Of a DNA stretch of 64,000 nt, positions 21,401 to 31,665 are shown in pieces. The position numbers were made by a program, and so were the translations under genes. The notes beneath the pieces are model-generated. The model was not told where the DNA came from and did not search any database. It saw only the letters and a program-made list of their open reading frames with translations. Each line of letters begins with the position of its first letter. The stretch's first letter is position 1. This DNA comes from Azolla caroliniana (lineage: Eukaryota; Plantae; Polypodiophyta): contig JBHGNT010000001.1 of assembly GCA_043228905.1 (NCBI GenBank), positions 11,036,001 to 11,100,000 of the forward strand. Direction: 5' to 3'.

Positions 21401-24324
21401 ATGCGCTGTGAAACGGCCATTTCCCGTTCCAACGCTTCCTGCACTTGCCGTAACTCCCGGATTGTGTCTTTATCCGGTTCTGCTTCCGCCTCTTCCGGTT
21501 GCGGTAAGAACGGTGCTACGGCTTCGGCAATGTCAATTTCGAAGAGGGGTATGATCTTTGGGTTTTCCTGCAGGTATTGAGCTTCTTCTTCGTCCGCTAA
21601 CCCTTCGAGCATGTTGACGCATTCCGCATACAACGGTGTACATTCCTTGCCAGTGCTCGTCCTTGGCTGTGTTGGTACCCGTACCTTGGCTTTTCCTCGC
21701 CGGAAGGTAATTATATTTTTTCACCAATTCTGTTTGATATGTGCCGTTTTCAACCATGGCCGCCCCAGCAATAGCGGTTATGCGCCTTGTGCCTGTAATT
21801 GTAGCACTACGGCCGAGATGTGAAATGTATGCCCGCCGACGGTGACTTCTAATTTCCCTATTAATCCTGTCGGCCGCACTGAGCTTGTATCGGCCATCCG
21901 CAACCAGAACGGACACGGCTCCCACTCGTGGATTCCTAGGTCCTCACACGTCCGGAGGCTAATTACATTTACCCCAGAGCCTCCGTCTATAACTGTGCCG
22001 GGGAGTTCTTTCCCTTTTACAATGGCAGTGATTACCGGACTGCTGGTGTCTACCACTGTTGGTCCCTCCTCCGGATTCGAGAAGAGTACCGGTGCCGGTG
22101 ATGGTTCTCCTGCCGTCATGGCCGTCTTCAGTCCTTCCGTGAATCTAGGCACGAGTTGTAGGAGTCTTCCTAGTGGTAACGTAATCTGGCATTCTTGCAA
22201 CGCCTGCCATGTCTCGTTCTCGGAGTGACTACCGCCGGCAAGCCCTGCGGTGTTCTCCTTTTGCTGCTGTAAGTCTGTGACATTCTGCTCGTTTGCTTTC
22301 TTTACCCATTCCGTTGCTTGTTTGCGGATGGTCTCCTGTGTCTCCCATTCTTTGGCCATGCCCTTCGACCTTGTGGTCACCTGCTGCAGGTCTGCCACCT
22401 CAGGGACTACCATATTTACCGCTGGTCGTTTTTCATAGCTCTTCACCGGGCATTGGTTACTATAATGGCCTTCCTGTCGGCAGTAGTAGCAGTAGGCTTT
22501 CCGGGCATTGCTAGATTCAGCATTGTCTGTTGTACCCGGGGCAGGTCCTACGCTACGCGCGGGGTTTTGTACCGGTTGGCTACTTGGAGCGCCTTGTTCC
22601 GGATCCCGGGGGTAGCCGCCTTTTTTAAAATGTCGTTTTTTGTTAAAGCTCTTCTTATTACGGTACTCTTGACGGGGTTGCCCGTTATATCTGCCGTATT
22701 CCTCCCGTAGCTGACGATACCCGGGGGAGTGCTCCCGGTCGTACTGTTCGTATCGTCTATTGTAATCCTGGTACCGATCATGCCGGTCATAGTTCTCTCG
22801 CCGATCACCGTACCGGACATCATTTTCCCGTCACTCGCCGTACCGGACATCATTTTCCCGTCGCTCGCCGTACCGGACATCATTATCTCGTTGCTCGCCG
22901 TACCGGACATTATTTTCCCGTCGCTCGCCATACCGGACATCCTGTGCCGGTCGGTCACGGTCCATTCGCCGCCAGCGTTCGTCTTCTTCATCCCGGCTGC
23001 TGCGTGGCTCAATTTGTCGGATGGGCGGTGCTTGCCGAGTCAACAGATTATACTCGCACCTATCCGTCGTATGGCTCTTGGACTGACAGATTACACATTG
23101 CGTCCTCATAGTGCATTCTAGAGCCGAGTGTCCGAAATTCAAGCAGGTTGTGCACTGTATTGCTTGCCGAAACCGGAGGTCTTCATCGTTTGGTAACGCC
23201 CGTTGAAGTGCGCCCAGTGTGAGCCAGGAGCTTGTCTTTTCCATCTCTTTCACCCGGTCAATGACCTGGTCGATGGTACTTGTGCGGAAATCGATTACCG
23301 TGCAAACCGTGCGTAGGGGTTCCCGGAGCGCGTTTAGGAATATCGTCCGTAATTCCTCCTCCGGGGGTGCACGGGTAAGCTGACTATGCATCCGTTGAAA
23401 CCGGATGACAAATTGGGGAATGCTCTCCACTACCTCTTGCCGGATGGTATAAAATAAGCCTACCATTACGGTCTGGTCCACCTCCTTTTGAAAAAAATGC
23501 ATGAATTTAGCTTTTAAATCTGCAAAGGTGTTGATGGTAGACGGGTCCTGCGTCCGGCGCCATCTTGCTGCCAGTCCTTCCAATGTGACGCCAAACTCTG
23601 CTATCTTAGAGCGTTCTTCTTCCTCCGGTGTCAGTCGCTAGGACACATGGTTGGCTTCCCATGTCTGTTCAAAGGTGTGCACATGAGCTTCCGCGTCCGG
23701 ATCATCTCTATACTTGGAGTACTGGAACGGCATGTCGTCGTCCGGTATCGGTGCGCGGGCTGGTAGTGTTGGTGCTCGTTCCGGAATTTTCTCCGGTGTC
23801 GGTGGTCTTTCCCGATTTGATTCCGGTGTCGGTTGTTTCTCTTCCTTTGGTGACGGAGGCCTCTCCTCCTCGACTTCCGGTGTCGGAGGTCGTTCTTCTT
23901 CTGCTGGTTCCGGGGGTTCCAGCGTTAGCACTTCCGGTACCGGTTCCGGTGTCGATAAGGTATCCGATCCTTCGTCCTCCGGTCTGCCCAGGGTTTCGTT
24001 GCTGCTACGGTAGTTCGTGTGCACGCTGTATTCCCCTTCGGAGTCCGATTCATATGCTGAAAAGGCCTCTGCTTCGCCTTCTCCGTTTGCCAACGCGTGG
24101 AGAAGGGATTCGGTTTCCCAGAGGCTGCTTAGGCTGCTGCCGTCGTCCGGGTGCGATGTTTGCTGTAACCAGTGGGAGTCCTCCGCTACTCTCCGGATTA
24201 CGTTGGAAAACGAGCGATCCGCTCTAATTTCCTGCGCCGCTTGCTGGAAAGCCTCGCGTCTCCTTTTCCTTTCGGCAAGGCGTCGAGTTCGATCTGTAAC
24301 CAGGTCGTGTGTTCATCTAAACAT
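18460..24324 (-). pseudogene. gag-pol: gag-pol of element G (single frame, several point stops)
   Basis: ORFs 23638-24093, 22831-23583, 21778-22446 and 18460-21633 are in one frame. Two CCHC knuckles, IDGGSG protease, VFLDDF RT, VDAS RNase H, HHCC/DDE integrase, GPY; no chromodomain. Confidence 0.92.
22790..22945 (-). repeat. 30-bp coding tandem repeat (~5 copies; VRYGERREND)
   Basis: CGTCGCTCGCCGTACCGGACATCATTTTCC units. Confidence 0.85.
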
Positions 24325-25246
24325 CCATCCGTGCCGTCGTTCGCTGCAAAAACAGGAATCGTGGTCGCCAAAAACTGTGTTAACTCTTCGGGCCGGACAA
24401 TGACCTAACACAGGGTGTCTACGGAAGACACTTCGCCAAAGGGTGTTACGGCAACCGGATTAGACTTCAACGCTTAATCCGACTTAATCAAATTACTTAT
24501 TAGGATCGTCTTCATAACACGCGTAAGATATAACAATTAAGACAGAACGGCAATTAACACAGAGATATAACAACGCTTAAGCTTTCATTAATTAACCGCT
24601 AACTATTACATTGTATCCGGCCTTTAAATAGGTTTCCGGTCTGTATTACAAAACGATGCCATCCGCACCTGTTCAAGATCGGTCCGGATCCGGAATGGCA
24701 TACCGATTCCGGTCCATCCGTCCACACTCATAGCTTAATTACAACCACATTCCTACTACTTAATTAGCTCTCCGTTTCCCACTCTGGACTCCTTTGCCGG
24801 CCGGTAACAATCGTTCGATCAAGGCCGGATTCGGCGTGAAAGTGCCGAAACGGAAGAGGGTGCGGAACGAGCCGCCCTCTTTTACATGGGGAGAAAGACC
24901 GACCGGGCGAAGGTCGAGATTTGGAAGGAGAATGAAAGCCGGTCCTATGGGATTCCTTACACCGATCCGACTGCAGGCCCGAGTGCCGGCGTGAGTCCGA
25001 CAAGAGAGACGGTGGCGACAGGAGAACGGGACTCGGCAATCCGGAGAATGACGAACGAACCCGAGCGAGAACCGGGCGGAGCGGACTCCCGGATGACCAT
25101 TCCGGGAGGGAGGAAGAGAGCTATCCTACGAAGAGGCCGAGGACACGGTACGTCGGTACCACAGGAGAGGGTGCGGAACAAAATGCCCTCTCGGCATGCG
25201 GAAAAGGACGACCCGGGACAGGGTCGGGAATGCAAAACGGAGGCCC

Positions 25247-25470
25247 ACGGAGGATCCTTCACACCGGTTCTAGAGACTTCGGCAGTCGGCAACGCAGTTG
25301 ACGTAAGACCAAGATACTGACGGTGGCGGCGAGGTGACGAAGGCAAAGGGGCTACGGATCGGCGGCCTACGGAGGATCCTTCACACCGGTTCTAGAGACT
25401 TCGGCAGTCGGCAATGCGGTCGACGTAAGACCAAGATACTGACGGTGGCGGCGAGGTGACGAAGGCAAGG
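25247..25470 (+). repeat. ~122-bp tandem duplication in the internal region of F
   Basis: ACGGAGGATCCTTCACACCGGTTCTAGAGAC...GGTGACGAAGGCAA occurs twice. Confidence 0.85.
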
Positions 25471-27331
25471 GCGTAAGGAAGTCCGGTCCTACGGGATCCC
25501 CACACTTAACCAGAGACTCCGGAAGTTCGGCCAACGTGGCAACGTGAGACCGAGAGAGAAGGTTGGTGGCGGCGGGAAACGGGACCTGACTACGCGGAAG
25601 ACACGAGGAGAGTCCGGGAGGGACTCAAACAAAAGACACCCGAATTTCGGCCAGCATAGCAACGGAGTCCGGTCCTATGGGACCCTCAGACCGATCCGGA
25701 GACCCCGGCAGATCGGCCAACGCGGCAACGTAAGACCGATGGAGAAGGACGGTGGCGGTAGCGAACGGGACCCAACGACACGAGGTTTCGGAAGGAGTCG
25801 GTAGCGGCAAACACCGGGAGGTGTGTCAGGTCGGAAAGGCACACCTTGGACAGAACAAGAGTCTCGCAAGTGGCCATCGCGGGCCGGATCGAAGCGTGAC
25901 TACAGGACGGTGTTCGGCGTGGGCGGGGCCGAACGAAGGAAGCGGAAGACGGCACAAGGGAGGTGTCGGGAACAAGGTGACAAGTGCCTAGTGGACTGCA
26001 CGGGGTCGGGGTCAGGGGATGGCAAGAGAGGCCGGAGGAGGATCCTCCACACTCGCTTCGTAGATCTCGGTAGCTCCGTTGAAGTAGCGAAGACTGACAC
26101 GGCAAGCCGGGATGACAAGCTGGTGGGGGCGAGGGGACGACGGCAAGCGGAAGACTCAGGACCTGTTGCAGCAGCACGAAGACGGGAAGGGCCAAGCGGG
26201 CTACTACGGGGTGTTCCTCGGATGCGAAGGACACTAGTATGCGGGTGAGCGGCGATGCACGATCTAGCCGGGAAAGGGGCCTGACGAGGCGTGCAATGAA
26301 CCGGAGTACGGCACACGGAGGTGCCGGAGTGGGAAGGAGAGCGCGGAGAAGACCGAAAAGGGATCCTCCACACTATTCCGGAGACCATGGCGGTTCGAGC
26401 CGATGCGGCGATGTAAGACCATGGAGAAGGAAGGTGGCGGCTGGAGGACATCGGGCATACGGCGGGAGGCGAGGCGTTCATACGGCCGAACAAGGGCCAG
26501 CGAAAGTAGGCGTACTACGGAGATCGCGGCAGAGGACCCATCGACGGGTCGAACGAGCCTACGGGGAGGCGAGTGCGAAGGAAGACTCGAAGCCGACGGA
26601 TCAAACCGGCGGCAAGCCGGGATGCGGATCACGGAAGACCGGTTTCTCACCGGCCGAAATCTCTCACCCTTCAACCGGACTTGGCACATACCGGTGGATG
26701 TGCGGTTAGGTGGGGGCGGATGTCGTGAAGAATTTCGGCCAAAGGCGGAAACCGGGAACATTGGCTACATCGGCGGGGTGCAGCATGTGTACGCACCCAT
26801 GTACATTTAGTGTGAATATCGAGGGCGCCTTTATGGCGCCGAAGAGTAGTCAAGTCGGGACAAATGATCCCATGTAAGTCGGGATTTATCCCACATTGTA
26901 ACGCATCCCTGTCCTTGTTCTATAAAAGGAAGGGAACACCCTTTGTGAAAGGGTTGCCCATTTTGCATTAGAGGGTATACCGTTAGGTTTAGAGTTAGTT
27001 TCTTCTTCTTCTCCCCCTTCGTGTTCGCTTAGGGTTTGCTGCAGCTCATCTCCTGTGCAAGACCCCGCTCGGCTCGACGAGCCCGTGAGCTCCCCGACGG
27101 CGGCTTGACAGCAGACGACTGTTGTAAGCTATCTTGGTCCGGCTCGATGCCGGGAATGTATTCTTCTTTATATATATATATATACATATACGTTTGCGTC
27201 TGTCTGTGTATATTCGTGTCTTCGTTGGTGTCGGGTGCTTCCCCTTTCCTGCATCTCCTGTATTTAAGGGTGTGAGTCGGGTTGGCCTATGTGTGTGCGT
27301 GTGTGAGTGTGTGTGCGTGTGTCGGTGTTAA

Positions 27332-27375
<44 letters not shown>

Positions 27376-30300
27376 TTCGGTTGCTTCCGGTGTGCTTCTG
27401 GGGTGCCCCGGAAACGGTGAAGCGCGACCTCCCACGCTCCATCACTCCCTAGTCCAAGACCCCCATGGTCCCGCCTTTCTCCACGCACGCGCGTAACAAC
27501 GCGACAGCGCATCATAAGTCGCTGAGGTTTTTGATATGGGTTGACAAGTCCCCGTTCTGTCGTGGTGACATGTCGCAATTTCCGTGTCACTACTGAATAT
27601 ACCAACAGATTTGAACCTCCCACTTCATTAGAATGCTCCTTGATTCTTTGTTTCTTAATTTCATCGAAGTAGACAACCGTGATGTATTCAATGGCATTAA
27701 CGAACCGAAAAGTTGGCCCTCTATTTACATTGGTTTTTATCCTATAAAAAATAATACATCGAGTTAAGAATAGATTGAACAACCTTAAGAAATGCAATAT
27801 AGTGAATGACACCTATAAATAATCCTTACCATGCAAGGTTCTCGATGCCATGGCAACGAGATCTCAAAGCTTGAGCTACCGAGTACCCTTGGTCCATACT
27901 ATGAAAGATAATTATTCGCCACAAGGATGCAGTTGTTAGCTCAGTGAAATCCTTGACCATCTTCTCCAATTGTTTAAACCTAAACGGTTCATCGTCGTAT
28001 GATGACCTAGCCATTCGAAATCCGTAAGGAATATCCGCAATCATTAGCGTATATTCCTTCTTTGGCACTTTTTGGATCAAGTCGATGACATCGCCACAAA
28101 CCACATTGTAGTAAAGATCTCTCGTAATATCTTTTTTGTGGCTAAATTTTTTAAAGGAGCCATCTTCCTCCATTTCGTACGCCTTGACTAAGCGACGATC
28201 CTTTTCTTTTCTAGCTCGCTTGAGATGTGCAAGGAAGGATGTAGGGAAATCGTGTATATCCTTAATTTCTCCTGGTTTCTTGCCACGACACGGTTTCTAA
28301 TAGAAGCAATAGGACATCAGGTATTATTATACAAGCTCTACATATGATGAAAGCGTAATGAAAAACCACCAATACTAACCCAATCCTTGAATGCAATAAA
28401 ATACTCTGATAACGCCTTATATGAAGACGTGAGAGGATAATCCTCGGTCACTTGTTCTCAAGTTATACATCCAAGTTGTTTCATCATAACTTCTTGGATC
28501 TTCATGTACACCTTATGACTGTAAAATTAGAAATCAAGATTAGAACTTTGAATTACACCATATAGACTTCAATTTCAGTATTTGAAAGACTTACTTATTG
28601 AACTCAGTGACCATTTCTTCAAGGCGTAAATATTTCGCCACAACCCTTGACAAAACAAACACAAGAAGCTGCTCTTCCTTAATACCTTGCATCGCTCTCC
28701 ACAGAGACAGCTTCATGTCGTCAGCCGCTTCTTCAATTGTCAAATCAATTTTCTTGGCGGCTTGTGACTTTAACTCTAGTTGAGGGTCAACCTTACATTT
28801 CTTTTGTCATTGACCCTTTACCTCCTTATTCTCCCACATTGAGAGGATTTGATCCTGTAGGTCCCATACTTCTCCATCTCTAAAGGCCAGTTGAAACCAA
28901 GACTCATATTTTCGAAGACCATCAGACTTAACATTATCATCTACAACAATACTGACTTCATGAAGACATTGACGTCGTAGACCTGGATGTAGCTTCACAC
29001 CAAACTTTTGTTTCACGTCCAAATACTCATGGTGGAAGAACCATATACGCTCAATCGACGACATTTTCTGCCTATAGTCATTATCATTATTATGGTCCCA
29101 TGCCAACAACTTTGCCTCTTCAACTGTGAGCCCCACATAAATTTTGCACTCGGCATACTTAAAGAAGAAAGTCGTTGGATGTTCTCTCACAAGTTGCCGA
29201 CGTGCCTCCGTTGAATGCGATCCACCAATGACAAAGTAATTATATTGATCATGCTTTCTAATATCAAAATCTTCAATGGTTTCACATTCTTCAGGATCTA
29301 CCATAACAATAAAAGGCACCACAGTGGCATGAGGATTAATTTTCATTTTTTTCTTGAGATTTTGAACATGCATGCATGCGGTGTGGCTCTCTAATCTCAA
29401 GTGGTCTTCGACCTATTTTTTTATTAATAGGGGGCCGATGGATGTGTGTTATAGGCAAATTAAACACTTGCCCTTTCCTGACCAGTTTATGCTGCATTAA
29501 CTCTCTCCTTATCTTATTCTGCTCGGATGACAACACACTCGATGCCAACTCAGCTCCTGGCTTCCCCTTAGTTTCCTCGTCTTCGTTTTCACTTGTTGAA
29601 TCAAAGTCCAACATTTTGGTTGTCTTCTTCTTTGGTGGTCTTGATTGTACTTTGGATACCCTTTTTGTGGCCTTCATTGGGGAGGGCACTTCATCTCTTA
29701 GAGTTACATGGCCTTGTATATAAGGCCTCAAGGTAACAATAAGGTTTTGTGAGCTTTCAAGATCTTTTTTGAACGCTTTTGGCCCACAAGATTCCTTTAC
29801 TAGAAGATCTTCTGAAAGGAACACTTTACATACCCCCTTGGAGCACTCTATCATTACCAGTATGTTGGCCGAATCTGCATCTTCGTAGTCAAATCATAGA
29901 ATACGGCCATACATAAATGGGGTTTCCTTTCCAAGTTGCCCCTCCCCCTTCTTCTTTGTTGTATACAATACAACTTTTTCCTTTGAGTCGACATATTGCA
30001 TACACCATTCCTTGTCCGTTAGATCACGGTCAGGAAGGTCTTCACCTCCAGTAGCTGCTACAAGTTTCTTTTGGCTAACGTCAATGCGTGGTTGAGATTT
30101 TGACTCCTCGTTGAAGAGAAGCTTTTTTCCTCTCTTCATGGACTCGAGAGCTACCTTGGTTTGTGCTTCGATTGGAGAACCCTGTATGCGAAGCTTTATT
30201 TTCTTCACGGATCTGTCCGACAGATTCTCAAACGACCTATTTAAGAAAGTACATGCGAAAACATAAGTTAGGTGGCCACGTAGATTAAGGTTGTATATTA

Positions 30301-30757
30301 AAATATAAATAAGTAGATGAAGAAATACACTAGCAGGCGATTAGTGGTGAACTATAAATATCAATCATGCATTCAGAGTACATGGTAGTCCTATATTCAA
30401 AAATCTATTCTAGTAAGGGCTATTCAATTTAGAAAATATATATCGTAATAAGTATACAGGGTTATATATTGTCTTGAAGGGCAGGTATGACTTATATTGA
30501 TTCCATAACTATATTGTAGATAATTTACATATGATAGACTTGAGATTGGTATCGAAAAGGTAATTTGTGGGTTATTTTCTACTATTTTAAGCTATAGTAG
30601 GTCATAAAACACCTATAACTAAGGCCCGTTTTTTTTAAAAAGTAAGGGAAGTTGACATAAAAAAGACTGATTTTGACAGACAGTTTGATATCTTTTCCAC
30701 ACAATATTAAATTGTTGCCCCAAAAACACAATATTCCTCTTTTAGGGTCTTCTTTTA

Positions 30758-31176
30758 TACAAGAACTCGATACGCCGTATCGAGTTCCTGTTTAAAACGC
30801 AAACATAATCCAGGAACTCGACACACCTTATCAAGTTCCTGTTTTAAGCAAAGAAAACAGAGCTATCGAGTTCCTCTATTCACTTTGCTTTTTAAACAGG
30901 AACTCGATACGACGTATCGAGTTCCTATTTAAAAAGCAAAGAAAACAGAGGAACTCGATACGGCGTATCGAGTTCCTGTTTAAAACCTAAACTTTAAACA
31001 GCAACTCGATACGGCATATCGAGTCCCTGTTTAAAAATCAAAGAACATAGAGGAACTCGATACGCCGTTCCTGTTTAAAACCTAAACTTTAAACAGGGAC
31101 TCGATACGGCGTATCGAGTCCCTGTTTAAAGTTTGTATTTTATACAGGAACTCGATACGACGTATCGAGTTCTTGT
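30758..31176. repeat. Array of ~9 palindromic units (~50-bp period) in intron 1 of the ParB-MTase gene
   Basis: Core CAGGAACTCGATAC-GNC-GTATCGAGTTCCTG with short A/T-rich linkers; two units are partial. Confidence 0.92.
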
Positions 31177-31419
31177 GCAATATTTGTGTTTACAAAAATG
31201 TCCACAGTGTCAAAGGCCTACCTAGAGTCCTCGTGCTCAATTCTCTTTGAAGACATGGTTGATCGTGTGGCAGTGGAGGCGGAGATCACGTTTTCGTGCT
31301 TCGTGCTCTCTGTACTTTGTGTGCTCTATGTGCTCTGTGTGCTCTGTGTGCTCTGTTTGCTCTATGTGCTCTTGTATGCTCTTGTGTACTCTTGTGAGTG
31401 AAATATGACGAGGTCTTCC

Positions 31420-31427
31420 TATTTATA
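31420..31427 (-). promoter_or_regulatory. TATA box of the ParB-MTase gene
   Basis: CCCTATAAATAGG on the minus strand, ~165 bp upstream of the ATG at 31256. The putative 5' UTR has a 9-bp repeat (31305-31395). Confidence 0.55.
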
Positions 31428-31665
31428 GGGATTGACCACAGTGGTTAAAGTAACCATAGTCACCTTAACCAAGCTTGGTAAGTTTGAGGTTAGTTAGTTG
31501 GTAACCACAGTCACATTAACTAGAGTAACTTATGATTGCATTAATGATTACAAAGTCAAACTAACATATTGATGAATCTTTTATCGTCATAACAACTTGC
31601 AATGACTTTAAAGGTCATGAAGGAGACAATGATAGAGGTTCATGAATGCACCAATGATTGATTAT

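Larger units (their letters stand above)
14827..24809 (-). mobile_element. Non-chromovirus Ty3/Gypsy (Athila/Phygy-like; element G) with an extra 3' ORF
   Basis: 432-bp LTRs at 14827-15258 and 24378-24809 (~7 substitutions by eye), ATCGT TSD (14822-14826, 24810-24814). Confidence 0.95.
12632..27506 (+). mobile_element. Non-autonomous gag-only Gypsy-type LTR element (F) with Trp PBS
   Basis: LTRs 12632-13374 and 26721-27506, PBS TGGTGAACCCGACGTGA 13379-13395, PPT 26709-26720, 4-bp TSD GAGC/GCGC. No pol motifs seen. Confidence 0.88.
12126..31256 (-). pseudogene. Spliced gene for a ParB-like domain plus beta-class N4-cytosine/N6-adenine DNA methyltransferase, split by element F
   Basis: Exons 31256-31222, 30236-28595, 28518-28380, 28296-27830, 27741-27507 joined to 12627-12570, and 12478-12126; all introns GT-AG and phase-consistent. 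Motifs: YFVIGGSHSTEARRQL, GDVIDLIQKVP..LMIADIPY, WIK, NPYQKPQRLMMRLIEMFSIEGDWILDLFSSTRTT..ALKLFRNIVALEKD. Four in-frame TGA stops and a 4-bp frameshift. Confidence 0.85.

Noticed and set aside
24815-26708. Many overlapping 60-200 aa ORFs
   Set aside because: GC-rich repetitive internal DNA of element F; no recognisable domain and ORFs occur in all frames.
30758-31176. CRISPR array
   Set aside because: The linkers are short, A/T-rich and similar to each other rather than unique spacers. There are no cas genes and the context is a eukaryotic intron.
12126-31256. Bacterial or phage contamination as the source of the MTase
   Set aside because: It has five spliceosomal introns and is interrupted by plant LTR elements with TSDs.
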